From the NCBI RefSeq assembly GCF_009914755.1, contig NC_060940.1: 64,000 nt of DNA; one strand, 5' to 3'. How positions within the stretch are numbered: position 1 is the stretch's first letter; each line of letters begins with the position of its first letter. Below the pieces are notes generated by a model, which worked only from the letters and a program-made list of their open reading frames with translations, did no database searches and was not told the DNA's origin. Origin of the DNA: the human T2T-CHM13v2.0 reference genome, Homo sapiens. The position numbers and the translations under genes were made by a program. Of this stretch, positions 1 to 52,118 are shown piece by piece.

Positions 1-1595
<1,595 letters not shown>

Positions 1596-1646
1596 ATGGC
1601 CATCCTTGGCCTGTGGACCTTTCCTGACCATCTCCCTCCCCTTCAG

Positions 1647-1805
1647 GACCCGGAGCGTCTCTGCTTCATCTCCACCACGCTTCAGCCCTTCCATGCCCTG
1701 CTGGGAGGGCTGGGGACCCAGGGCCGCTGGACCAACATGGAGAGGATGCAGCTGTGGGCCATGAGGCTGGACCTCCGCGATCTGCAGCGGCACCTCCGCT
1801 TCCAG
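1647..1805 (+). CDS. IL27: IL27 coding exon 4
   Basis: cttcag acceptor; 159 nt = DPERLCFISTTLQPFHALLGGLGTQGRWTNMERMQLWAMRLDLRDLQRHLRFQ; GT donor at 1806; phase 0/0. Confidence 0.97.
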
Positions 1806-1883
1806 GTAGAGCCCGGCCACCCTCCACCACCCCAGACCACGTGGGAAAGAAGACTCGCTGGCTCATTCAGTGATCCCATGCTC

Positions 1884-2945
<1,062 letters not shown>

Positions 2946-3202
2946 GTGCAGGCGCACACACAGCCACACCAGGCCCTGGTGCTGCCCCTCAATCTTCACA
3001 TTCTCCTGGGGCTCTATCTTCAACAGGAGGCCATTGGGCTGTGAGGTCACTCGGGGTGTGTCCTGAGTGCCCAGCACAGCGTCTGCCTCCTGTTTCCTTT
3101 CTCCCTCTGATTCTCTGATGTCACCCAGATCCTCCAGAACCTTTCAAAGGGAAATCAGAATTTTACACTTAATGAAATGAGAATAGAAAATGCAAGCAGC
3201 AG

Positions 3203-3718
<516 letters not shown>

Positions 3719-3856
3719 TCAAGCAGGGAATGTCCGGGGAAATCATGACCTTGTGGTCACTGATGTCATTGGGAACCGCTGGGCATGAATAGGGAATGAG
3801 GATTCCTCTCAGGTTCTCGGCCTGGCCCCTCCCTGACCCATGGCCTCTCCTCACAG

Positions 3857-4126
3857 GTGCTGGCTGCAGGATTCAACCTCCCGGAGGAGGAGGAGGAGGA
3901 AGAGGAGGAGGAGGAGGAGGAGAGGAAGGGGCTGCTCCCAGGGGCACTGGGCAGCGCCTTACAGGGCCCGGCCCAGGTGTCCTGGCCCCAGCTCCTCTCC
4001 ACCTACCGCCTGCTGCACTCCTTGGAGCTCGTCTTATCTCGGGCCGTGCGGGAGTTGCTGCTGCTGTCCAAGGCTGGGCACTCAGTCTGGCCCTTGGGGT
4101 TCCCAACATTGAGCCCCCAGCCCTGA
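3857..4126 (+). CDS. IL27: IL27 last coding exon, with the 13-Glu tract
   Basis: tcacag acceptor; VLAAGFNLP-E13-RKGLLPGALGSALQGPAQVSWPQLLSTYRLLHSLELVLSRAVRELLLLSKAGHSVWPLGFPTLSPQP then TGA. Confidence 0.97.
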   Translation: MLAAGFNLPEEEEEEEEEEEEERKGLLPGALGSALQGPAQVSWPQLLSTYRLLHSLELVLSRAVRELLLLSKAGHSVWPLGFPTLSPQP

Positions 4127-4292
4127 TCGGTGGCTTCTTAGCCCCCTGCCCCCCACCCTTTAGAACTTTAGGACTGGAGTCTTGGCATCAGGGCAGCCTT
4201 CGCATCATCAGCCTTGGACAAGGGAGGGCTCTTCCAGCCCCCTGCCCCAGGCCCTACCCAGTAACTGAAAGCCCCTCTGGTCCTCGCCAGCT

Positions 4293-4402
4293 ATTTATTT
4301 CTTGGATATTTATTTATTGTTTAGGGAGATGATGGTTTATTTATTGTCTTGGGGCCCGATGGTCCTCCTCGGGCCAAGCCCCCATGCTGGGTGCCCAATA
4401 AA
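4293..4402 (+). promoter_or_regulatory. IL27: IL27 3' UTR AU-rich elements and poly(A) signal
   Basis: ATTTA pentamers at 4293, 4308, 4312 and 4339 (TATTTATTT context); AATAAA at 4397-4402. Confidence 0.8.
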
Positions 4403-4797
4403 GCACTCTCATCCACCCCTGGCCTCCGCTTCTCTTCGGGTAAGGGCTGTCTGACACCCAGAGGGCAGGGCAGCCTGGAACGGGGTCAGCAACCTCTAGC
4501 CATCCTGAACCCCTCTCTGCTCCTACATTTTTGGGGTCTCTGGCCCACCTTCCCCTACTACGTCCTGCTCCGGCAGGCAGTTGCCATAGTAACCAGCAGC
4601 ATCCTGAGGCCGAGCTACCGTGTTGGAAGCTCAAGGCAGCTCATCTCTGATTCTGAACAGTGCTCCTTAAGCCCTCCCAACCGCCTTCCTTTGGCCTGGA
4701 TGCAACTCCAGAGGTTTGTGTTATCCCCGCCCAGTTCTGAGGGTCTTGGTGCAGGGAGTTGGGCTGGGAAGTGGGAGTTAGAGAGGAAGGCCTGTAA

Positions 4798-4995
<198 letters not shown>

Positions 4996-5271
4996 TGACT
5001 CAGGCTGGGGAGGAACCAGGGCAGGCACCCTGAGAGGTGGTCTCAGTGGGGTACGTGGTCCACCAGCCTGTGTCGGAGAATCAGACTCCTTAAGTTCACG
5101 GTCTTCCCAGACGTCTGGTTTTGCCTGCTCCATGAATGATACATCAAGACACTGAGGCCCAGAGGGTGGAGAGGATGTGTCCACAGTGGCAGAGGGAGCA
5201 GGGCTCAGTGGCATTGGAGCAAGCCTTCTGGCACCCACTCAGGGCCTGGCTCCCAGAGCACCGGGTCTCAG

Positions 5272-8200
5272 TCACTGGGGCTTAGGCCGGCCCAGACGGG
5301 CTTGCAGCTCCTGCATCATGCCAGGGTGCGCGAGGCCAAACCTGGAGGCGGAAGTCAGGCCCGTGAGAACAGGTTCCCAGGTGCCCGCGGTCTCTTCCCC
5401 ACCCCAGCTGAGTTGCCCTGTGCCTACCCGTGTCCCAGGGGCCTTCTCCTGGCTGGCACCGGGGTCCCATCATGCCTCAGAGGGCTTGGCTCCAGGGGTT
5501 CCTCCAGCTGGAGGGGTCTCTGCTCAGGAGCTGACAGCTCCTCCTCAGGAGGGTTGGGGGCTGGGGGCTCCTCCTGCTGCTCCCAGGCCGGAGTCCGACG
5601 AAAAGAGGGCCGGGAGCGACGCTGTGAGGAGCTTCTCGAGAGGTGCACGCGACTCCTTGGGACAGAGACGTCTAGGAGGGACCCGGGGAGCGGGGCCTGC
5701 AGGAAAGGGGGCACAGAGGACCATGGGGCCGGCTTCGGGATTCCACTCGTTCCCCCCGAGACCCCACCAAGAGCCCTCACCTCGCTCCAGCTGTTGGCAG
5801 CACCTCCTCTGGCACTGCCCATGGCCTCAGCCGTCTCGGCTTCCCCGACTGACTCCGGCGCAGCTTCTGCAGGGGCCTGGTGTGTTGGCTGCTCCTCCTG
5901 GCCCCTGACATGTTCCAGGCTTTCTGGCTCAGTCTCCTTGGCCTCTGCCCTCCGGCCCCCGGTCACCATGAGACCCTCTGCATCAAGGAGCCTTGGTGCC
6001 TCTCCCTCAGGGTGGTAGTCCCCACACCGCCCCTCACTGTCTTCCCTCTGTTCTCTCTCCTGCCATCCAACAGCCTCTTCTTCCAACAGCGTCCACTTTT
6101 CTAGAAGCCCCCCAGCCTCCACCATGGCTCCCATCCCCTCTGCCCTCGCTGTCTGGGAGCCCGCGGGATCCAGCCCACAGCTGTCCTCTGCGCCTGCAGA
6201 TTCCTCGGCCTCTACCCGCCCTCCCCAAGGTCCTCCCTCCCTGGACTCAAAAGCCTCTACTTGGCTGCCTCTGCCAGTCACCTCTTCCTCTGCTGAGCCC
6301 TCCAGACCAAATTCTTGCCCACCTGTATGCTCTCCTGCTGCTGCCTCTTCCTTTTCTTTCGAGTCCCAGCCTTGCCCAAGCGCCCCTTCCAAAGCTTCAC
6401 CAGCGCCAGCAGCGCTGATGTGTGGGACCACATCACCCCCCATAATCCCAGCAGCCACAGAGCCAGTCTGTGCATCCTCACGGTCCGGGAGGCCCACAGC
6501 CACCGCTTGCAGCCTCCAGCCTCTTCTGGATGTTCTGTCAGCCTCCGCCTCCTCATCCTCAGTTTCTCTGGCATAGGCCTCTCCCAGTGACGGGCAAGGC
6601 CCTGCGTCTGCCCCTGTGCTTCCGTCCAGCTCCTGGTTCTCTGAGACAGACGCCTCTCCCTCCTCAGTTCCACATCCCGCGTCCTGGGTTGTCAGCCCCT
6701 CCCCGCCTGCCTCTGGGACTTCTGATAGTTCAGACTCTCGGTCTCCTTCAGCCTCAGCCGCCAGGGTCTGGCCTCCCGCAGTCTCCTCCTCCTCCCGCTG
6801 CTCGCCATCGGCCGCATCCTCCTGAGTATTTCCTCTCTCCATGTCCTTTCTCGTGCGGTTTTCCCAGGCTCCTGGGAAGGCCTCGGAGGCCTCAGGCTTT
6901 ACAGACCCCGCGTGCCTGGGACCTGCCTCCAGGCTCCTCTCCTGCTCCTCTTTGCTCAGGGCCAGAACTCCCATGAGCTCCACCTCCCCTGCCTCCCTTT
7001 CCTCGGGTTGCTTAGTTGGGGTCTGGGCACCCCCCATCAGCTCAGGTCCCTGGCCTTTGGTGACGCTGTGTGTGAGGCCACCCCATTCCACGCCCAGTAG
7101 GCCACAGCTAGTCTGGGCCGCCTCACTCTCCTCCCCTGTGAGCTCCTCCTCAGGCCTGGCCTCTGGAGTTGCCTCCAAGTCGGCAGTGCCTTCAGCCTCT
7201 CCATCTGAGGGCAGCTCAGCCACTGGATCCCTGCTGCTCCCTCTCTCCTCCTGGGCCTCCTCTGCCTGTACCAGCTCTTCCATCCTGGCCCGGTCGGCCC
7301 TGATCCCCAAGTCCTGCCTCATCTCAGCCTCCTTACCACGCAGGTCTACCTGGCCCTCAAAGCTCTCCCCTGCCTCCTGGCCTCCCACAGCTTCCCTCCC
7401 TGCGGTCTGGCTCTCAGCAGCCTCTTCTGTTCTTTCAGTGCCCAGGACCTGGGCCTGTTTGGGGAAAGGGCTCACCTCAGCCTCTCTCTCCTCATCCCCC
7501 TCCTCCTCTAGGACCCAGACTTTTCCAGTAGCCTCTAGGAGCCTTTCTCCTGGGACTGCTCCATATTCTGTCTGTCTGACTCCCAGCAGGTCAGCCTCCT
7601 CTTTGCCTGAGGTTGTCCAGGCCTCGTCCCCTCCTGAGGCTGTCCCGGCCTCCTCCCCTCCTGAGGCTGTCCCAGCCTCCCCGCCTGAGGCTATCCCGGC
7701 CTCCTCCCCTCCCGAGGCTGTCCCGGCCTCCTCCCCGCCTGAGGCTGTTTCAGCCTCCTCCCCGCCTGAGGCTGTCTCAGCCTCCTCCCCGCCTGAGATT
7801 GTCCTGGCTTCCTCCCCATCTAAAATTGCCCTGGCCTCTTCCCTACCTGGGGTTGTCCTGGCCTCCTCTCTGCCTAAGATTCCCCAGTCCTCAGGCTCTG
7901 CCCCTGGGCCCCACGTCCCCCATGCCCTAGTGCTTTCACAGGCCTTCTCCACCACTACCACCTCTTCTCCTTTCCCAGCCCCTTCGGCCCCAGGCTCCTC
8001 AGTTTCCCCTGCATCTGCCTCCCTGACCCCCTGCTCCATCTCCCGGTTGTCCCCTGCCGCCTTTGGCCCAACAGCACCAGCCTTCCCCTCCGTCTCCCCA
8101 TGCCAGGTCCACTCTGACTCCGCCCCTCTGGCCATCCCTGGCTCTCTTGCCCTGACCTCTTCCTCCTCCTCCTCCTGTTCCCAGCTTCTCAGCCTCTCCT

Positions 8201-9068
8201 CTCTGTTCACTTCCTGCTCATGGGACTCCTGCCTCTCCTGGGCTTGGCCGCTCCTGTCTTGGCAAGCCCCAGACCCTGCCTTGGATTTCTTTCTGGCCTC
8301 CAAGTGGGCGCTTGGCTCCTGGCACCTGGCAGCCTTGGCTGTCTCCCCAGCCCCACTGTCCTGCCTCTCTGCTTGGGACCCATGGGAGCTGCCATCTCCC
8401 CAGCCCCAGGTCTGTTCTACAGCTGAGCTCCCCACTTCATGTCTTCTGTCATCTCCAGGCCCTCTCAGCCTTCCAGCCCCCTCGTTTTGGCTGCCTCTAA
8501 GGCCCTCCAGGTCCTCCTGGGCTTCCTCCTCTACAATCTTCCCTGTCTTTCCCACCGCCACCACCCCCAGTTCCTCAGCCGCCTGCGCCTCCCGCTCTAC
8601 AGTGGGGACTGCATCTCCCAGGAGGTAGGAGACAAAGGTGCCGAGGGAATCCTAGGAAAAAAGAGAGAGAGAGGGGAGAGTCATTGAGGAGAGTCCCAGC
8701 CCTTTCCCTGGGGGCCCTGGCTGGAGGAGCCCAGGTTAAGGAAGAGGGTACTGGGATCTGAAAGGAGAAGAAGAGGATTTGCAGAAGGAGCCAGAAGGGG
8801 CATCGATTAGGGGTACGAGGACGCATGGTTGGAGGTGGGGACTGAAATTCAGAAAATATTAGGCCAGGAGTCTGCCTGAACCTGAGAAAGCAATCTCCAG
8901 TTTGAGGAGATCAGAAGGAGGAGGGGAAAGGTGAGGCCCCAGGGGAGGTGCCCGGAAGTGAGGCCCCAGGGAATGGGGTGCAAGTATCTGGCAGCTGTCT
9001 GCCCTTCTCACCAGTGCCCCCCTCAAGGCCTGGTGCAGCCCAGGGAGGTATAGCCGGAGGAAGTCCAT
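5272..9068 (-). CDS. APOBR: APOBR (apolipoprotein B receptor / apoB48R), join(9012..9068, 5781..8651, 5428..5696, 5272..5341), 1088 aa
   Basis: [19 protein letters not shown] | [19 protein letters not shown]...AANSWSE | [12 protein letters not shown]...RRRPLGHG | [22 protein letters not shown]. All introns are GT-AG, and the exon sum of 3267 nt is in frame. Confidence 0.96.
5781..8651 (-). CDS. APOBR: APOBR giant exon 2 (2871 nt, Glu/Gly/Ala-rich)
   Basis: ttttcctag acceptor and GTGAGG donor; corresponds to most of ORF 5424..8564. Confidence 0.95.
7594..7870 (-). repeat. APOBR: APOBR coding VNTR, about 27-nt unit (EAxTASGGE)
   Basis: About ten 9-aa units: [89 protein letters not shown]. Confidence 0.92.
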
Positions 9069-9099
9069 CCTGTCTGTCTCTGTCTGTGTGTCCAGAAAG

Positions 9100-9490
9100 C
9101 TGATAATGACCGTCCCCACCCACCAAGACAAGCCAACCTTCCCCAGGACCAAAGGCACTTCCTCTTCCCCTGTCTCCCTGATGCGTCCCCACCCCAGGCC
9201 CTGCCCACGGCCCCTGATGCCCACAGTAGCCCCCACTGCAGCCCGGGAAATGGGTGTACATCACACAGGGGACTCAGGTGCACATTTGGAAATAAAGGAC
9301 AAGCAAGAGGCCAGAAAGGACAAAGTGGGAGCAGGAGACCTTAGAACTGGGGAGGGGGAGAGGGAGGGGACATGTGGCAACAGCAGCTCAAGTGACTCAG
9401 GTCTCGTATCCGCACCTCAGCCATTTCTGCCTCCCCTACAAGCCACAGCCACTCTGCAAGAGGAAGCTGGGGTTTGTGGTTCCTGTTTTG
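9100..9490 (-). promoter_or_regulatory. APOBR: Putative APOBR proximal promoter with a PU.1/ETS motif
   Basis: AGAGGAAGTG on the minus strand at 9156-9165, about 90 nt upstream of the ATG; RUNX-like TGTGGT at 9475-9480. Fits myeloid expression, but function is inferred. Confidence 0.5.
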
Positions 9491-9784
9491 CCTGGGAAGA
9501 AAGAGTAGCAGTGAAGAGGGGGCTGGTGGGAGCTCTGACACATTTCGGCGTCATTAATGCTTCCCCCAGGGGCGGAAGGGGCCGGATTGGTGGCTCTGGG
9601 GTGCATCCCCTCACCTATGATTAGGCTTGCAAAAAAGAACTTGGCTAAACTTTATATTGTGGATATCTGTGTCTGCCTCCCACCTTCCTGTGACTTCCTT
9701 GATGGCAGATGCCATGTATGAAACGCTGCTGAATTTCTAGAGCCCTGCACGTTAGTAGGATTCCATTTTCCATCAGCTGAGTGA

Positions 9785-11127
<1,343 letters not shown>

Positions 11128-11639
11128 TAACACCAGGGGTTGAAGTGCTGTGATATTTTTTGGTTCTAGGATAATTTGGAAATAGGGATCTCTTAACATC
11201 TTGGATACTGCCAATAGATCATTCACGAAATCCCTTTAGATGAGTGTTATGTTTACTTAGGTCTCTAAAACAATTTGTAAGGTCAACAGATGGGGATAAG
11301 AATGACCTGAAGCTGGTCGTCTTTGTTCGCAACCAGAAACAGTCCTGCCTCAAAAAAAAAAAAAAAAAAAAAGGGAGTAGGCAGGTGGCCATATTTGTTT
11401 CTGGCAAGTGAGTGCTGAAGGAAAGGAGCTGAAGCCTCCCACAGTCATAACTGGTGCTGGCAGGCTACTGTCTCGGTCTTGGGCGCCACTGATCTAAGGT
11501 CACGGCTCTGCTTGCTGCTCCCACCCGCTCCAGTTTAAAACCTGCGGTTCCAGGGTTCTCCAGCCCCTCCCTTTTTCACGCTCCGAAGCCGAGAAGGCCC
11601 AAAGCGAAGACAGAGAGGACCCGGAAGTAGGGAAAACCT

Positions 11640-11729
11640 CTGAGCACGTGATGGGGGAACACGCGGGTGCTGTCACGTGATCCGACAAACGGCCTCTGCA
11701 TAGTGCAGAACATTCTGCTGCTCTTAAAG
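11640..11729 (+). other. CLN3: CLN3 non-coding exon 1 (5' end approximate)
   Basis: AAG|GTACAG donor at 11730; the downstream acceptor gtcgcag| opens the ATG exon at 11914. Confidence 0.65.
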
Positions 11730-11956
11730 GTACAGGCCTCAGGGTCCCTGCTGTAGACGGGGCGGGGGAGAGTACGATGGGTGGGGCGTGGTGGGTCGTA
11801 GGGCGCTCGAGATGGAGCCCCCAGCTTCCTTGATGGATCGCGGGGCGCGAGTGCCCTAGACAAGCCGGAGCTGGGACCGGCAATCGGGCGTTGATCCTTG
11901 TCACCTGTCGCAGACCCTCATCCCTCCCGTGGGAGCCCCCTTTGGACACTCTATGA

Positions 11957-26215
<14,259 letters not shown>

Positions 26216-26427
26216 TACTCGGGATCCTCAGGACGCAGGTCACATTCACCTGTGGGCAGAGGGACAGGTCAGACACCCAGGCCCACCCCAGAGACCCTCC
26301 ATGAACTGTGCTCCCAGCCTTCCCGGCAGGTCTGGGAGTAGGGAAGGGCTGAAGCCTTGTTTCCCTTGCAGGGGGGCCAGCCATTGTCTCCCACTTGGGG
26401 AGTTTCTTCCTGGCATCATGCCTTCTG

Positions 26428-26433
26428 AATAAA
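26428..26433 (+). terminator. CLN3: CLN3 poly(A) signal
   Basis: AATAAA about 210 nt after the stop codon, followed by T/GT-rich sequence. Confidence 0.8.
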
Positions 26434-27606
26434 TGCCGATTTTATCCATGGACTTCTTATATCGTTTTTGTCTCTAAAAAGAAACTTTTATTATGAAAGT
26501 AATACATGCCCACTTTCCTATATATAGACAGCATAAAGAAGGTATGTCAGCAGATTTCTCCCTTTTTTGTTTGTTTGTTTGTTTGTTTGTTTGTTTTGAC
26601 AGAGTCTCACTCTGTCACCTAGGCTGGAGTGCAATGGCGTGATCTTGGCTCACTGCAACCTCCACTTCCCGGTTCAAGCAATACTCCTGCCTCAGCCTCC
26701 CGAGTAGCTGGGATTACAGGTGGTCACTACCATGTCTGGCTAATTTTTATATTTTTAGTACAGACGACATTTTGCCATGTTGGCCAGGCTGGTCTCAAAC
26801 TCATGACCTCAGGTGATCCGCCCACCTTGGCCTCCCAAAGTGCTGAGATTACAGGTGTGAGCCACTGTACCTGGCCTCTGCCATCTTTGAGGCCTTACGT
26901 ATTCATTCATTCATGCATTCATTGTTTGGGACAATCTGTAAACAATCATGTTGGACATTCTTTCCAGCATGAAAGTTTTCAGAGAAGTGGAAAGAATTGT
27001 GCAGTGAATCATCCTGAGTATGCGCCACCCTGTTCTATGTTAACATTTTGTTACAGTTGTTTTATCATGTAGTCCAGCCCCCATCAAATCTATGTATTCA
27101 CTGTTCCATCAGTGAGTAGATAGAGCTAATGAATGGCAGGGTTGGCACCTGAGGCATTTTATTTTATTATTTTTTTTTATTTTTAGAGACAGGGTTGCAC
27201 TCTGTCACCCAGGCTGAAGTACAGTGGCACAGTCATGGCTCACTGTAGCCTTGACCTCCTAGACTCAAACAATCCTCACACCTTGGCCTCCCAAGCAGCT
27301 GGGACTGCAAGTGCATGCCACCAAGCCCAGCTAATTTTTTTTTTTTTTTTGTAGAGACGCGATCTTCCTATGTTACCCAGGCTGGTCTTGAACTCTTGAG
27401 CTCAAGCAGTCCTGCCTTGGCCTCCCAAAGTACTGAGATTACAAGCATGAGCCACTGCTCCTGGCATCCTGTTATTTAGGTACAGTTTTTATACACAGTA
27501 AAATGTATAAATTGTTACATATTTTTACAGTAAACTGAGTCTGGGCCAGGCACTGTGGCTCACACCTGTAATCCCAGCACTTTGGGAGGCTGAGGCGGGC
27601 AGATCA

Positions 27607-27873
<267 letters not shown>

Positions 27874-28387
27874 TCATTGTTACCCTTTCTACTATATTTG
27901 CCATATCTGAACCTAACAGTACTTTTATTTACTTAATATTTTTCATTAAAGCAACTAACCTTTAATATACATTCAGTTATTTTAAAGGGAAACACTATTA
28001 AAATCATGAGTTTGAGGTGATATATATGTATTTTCTACTTTACTTTAAATAGTTATGTAACTATTGGAGTTTAAAATGAACATGCAAGTTCCCCCTGAGA
28101 CTACTCCATTACGACCAGTGATGTTTGTGGACCCAGATCTAGGAAATGCTGACCCACTGGTTAATAGCATGGGCTTTGGGGGCAGAAGGAACTGACTTTC
28201 AGGTGCCAACCCTGCCATTCACTAGCTCTATTACCTTGGGCAAGTCACTTCACCTCTCTGCACCTCAGTTTCCTGATCTGTCCAATGGGATAATAGTAGC
28301 ACCAGCATTTCATAAGTTGCTTTTGGAAACTACATGAGATCATGTCAACACTCAATAAACATCAGCTCTGATCATGCTATGATATGA

Positions 28388-28594
<207 letters not shown>

Positions 28595-28914
28595 TAAGAC
28601 TGCAGGCACGCACCACCATACCTGGCTAATTTTTATATTTTTGGTAGAGATGGGGTTTCACCATGTTGTCCAAGATAGTCTTGTACTCCAGAGCTCAAGT
28701 GATCCACCCACCTTGGCCTCCCAAAGTGCCAGGATCACAAGTGTGAGCCACTGCACCTGGCCCTGCCTGGCTAATTTTTATTTTTTTTCTGTAGAGACGA
28801 GGTCTTGCTTTGTTGCTCAGGCTGGACTGGAACTCCTGGCCTCAAGTGATCCACCTGCTTCAGCCTCCCAAAGGTCTGGGATTATTACCCATGAGCCACC
28901 ACACCCAGCCACAA

Positions 28915-31874
<2,960 letters not shown>

Positions 31875-32432
31875 TGAAGGTCAACTTGGTTTTCTCCCCC
31901 TCATTTGGGTTCAGAATTTAAAGTCCACACACACAGGCAGTAAGATGATTATAGATAAGGACATCATCACTCGGTTTCGGATGTTAAAATGTCTAGGTGG
32001 GTTAGGGGTGATTTGAGATCACACAACCTTGTGCCACAAAGAGGAATTCCCAGGCCAGAGGGAGACATTTTATTGCCATGTTATGATCTTATCATTGAGT
32101 TGAAAGGCAATCTTGTTTCATTTTGGATTCTTTCTTATGTTTATGTCTTATAAGGGCACTTTGAATTTCCAAGCAAATAATAATTTTGAATTAGCTTTTA
32201 ATCATTGACTTCTAGCACAGTTATATGATCAGAAACGTGCTGTGTGATTTGATTGCTCTCAAATATATTGAGATTTGCTGGAACAAAATAAGTCAGGTTA
32301 ATTTTTGTAAATGTACCATGCTTGCTTAAAATGAATGTATCTACATTTGTTCCTGAGATACAGGTTGATGGACGGATGGCTACATGGATGTGATGGAGAT
32401 GGTTTACTATCGGGACCTTCCGCATCCTGCTG

Positions 32433-32495
32433 ATGTTTTGTTGCTTAGGATATGAATGGCTGAGCGGAGGCTATAAAACCTGGCACTCTGCTTGG
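32433..32495 (+). CDS. Alternative NPIP first coding exon of NPIPA type ([21 protein letters not shown])
   Basis: ATG at 32433, 21 open codons, phase-0 GT donor at 32496 compatible with NPIP exon 2. The peptide matches the NPIPA-type N-terminus [21 protein letters not shown]. Confidence 0.7.
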
Positions 32496-33044
32496 GTATG
32501 AGGTTCTTCCTGCCATCCTGCCATCATTTGTTTTTTATGTTTTGTCGCCAAAAGTGACCTTGAGGAACCCTGGGAGCTCAGGAAGGAAGGAGCGCCCAGA
32601 AGCAGGGACAGGGAGCTGGTTGGGGAGGACCAGAAATCAGGTTTGTGAAGGTTCCAGAGAGGACCTGTCCTTGCGAGGAGTGTGGGAGACTGAGATGGGG
32701 GAGGGGTCATTGGAATGATGCGGGCGCTACTTGGCATTGTCCATTGTGAGGCACCACCGGGGTCATCAGGGATTGGTGGAGAGGGAGTATAAAGCCCCAG
32801 GTTTGCTAAGGGAGGGCCCAGACCGAAGAAGGTTTGGCGGATAGCAGAACCTTTTTGTCTCCCTCTAATTGCTCCTAAGCCTCACGCTCCCTTGCCCCGC
32901 GTGTCCTGTTGCTTCCCTGATCTTCTCCGTGACCTGTAGCTAAACCTTCCACCAGCGCTTGAGAACTTAATTTGAACCGGATCCTTTCCCAGACCCCTTT
33001 CTTCTTCTCCTCCTCCTCCTCCACCTCCTCCAGGTGCCCATCAG

Positions 33045-33245
33045 CCCCCTTCTCCTTCTTTCCCTTCCCTTACTTCCCCCCTTCCCCTCCCCTTCCCCTT
33101 CCCCTCCCCCTCCCCTTCCCCTCCCCTTCCCCTTCCCCTCCCCCTCCCCTTCCCCTCCCCCTCCCCTTCCCCTCCCCCTCCCCTCCCCCGCCCCAACTCA
33201 GATCCGGCCCCGGTCCCCGTCCCCTTCCCTCCCCCCTGCCCTAAG
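33045..33245 (+). repeat. (CCCCT/CCCCTT)n polypyrimidine tract just upstream of the NPIPB signal-peptide exon
   Basis: About 140 nt of near-pure C/T with C4 runs; the minus strand is (GGGGA)n. Confidence 0.9.
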
Positions 33246-33297
33246 CCACCTCCACCTCTGTCCTGGCCGCCTCAGGGCACCCTGAAAGGATCAGGAC

Positions 33298-47343
<14,046 letters not shown>

Positions 47344-47954
47344 GTCGAAAAAAAGAAAAAAATCAAAAAACAAAACAAAACCCACGCTCCAAAAACAAAC
47401 TAACGAAGAATAAATAAATAATATAAAAATAAAATAAATACTGCAGTCCTTATGTTATTGCTTTGTTTCAATATCTGGTATGATTGCCTGAGGGACCTGA
47501 GGTTTTTAATTAATTGTAGGGTTTTTTTTTTAATCTTTAGAAGTGGTTGGTTATGTAAAATATTATTATTATTATTATTATTTTTTGAGACTGGGTTTTG
47601 CTCTGTCACCCAGGCTGGAGTGCAGTGGCTCGATCACAGCTCACTGCAGCCTCAACCTCCTGGGCTTCAAGCAATCCTCCTGCCTCAGCCTCCCAAGTAG
47701 CTGGGATCACAGATGTATGTGTGCCACCACGCCTGGCCAATGTTAAAAAATCCTTTAACTTTTTTGTAGAGATGCACTCCTGGACTCAAGCGATCCTCCT
47801 ACTGGTCCCGACCACCAGCCTCTTTCTGATAAACATTTACACTTTATTATCTGATGCCATTTCTATCTTCTTCCTTGTCGTCCAGACATCAAAGAATTAG
47901 GTTTCTTCAGGGTTTTCTTTTTCAAGTCCTCATTGTTAAAGATCACTCACATTA

Positions 47955-48338
<384 letters not shown>

Positions 48339-48406
48339 TCATCTGGCTATGCCAGGATGCCCAGGGGATACTCGGGGTGGGTGGCATGGTGCTGCTGGGG
48401 ACTCAT

Positions 48407-52118
<3,712 letters not shown>

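Noticed and set aside
5424-8564. 1046-aa ORF taken as the full APOBR protein
   Set aside because: It starts at an internal GTG, reads through intron 2 and stops in intron 3. The spliced 4-exon model fits better.
6841-8628. 595-aa Ser/Pro/Ala-rich ORF on the + strand
   Set aside because: Codon-register antisense shadow of the GAG/GCA-rich APOBR exon 2. No promoter, splice or family evidence.
32972-33285. Pro-rich ORFs
   Set aside because: Translation of the (CCCCT)n tract.
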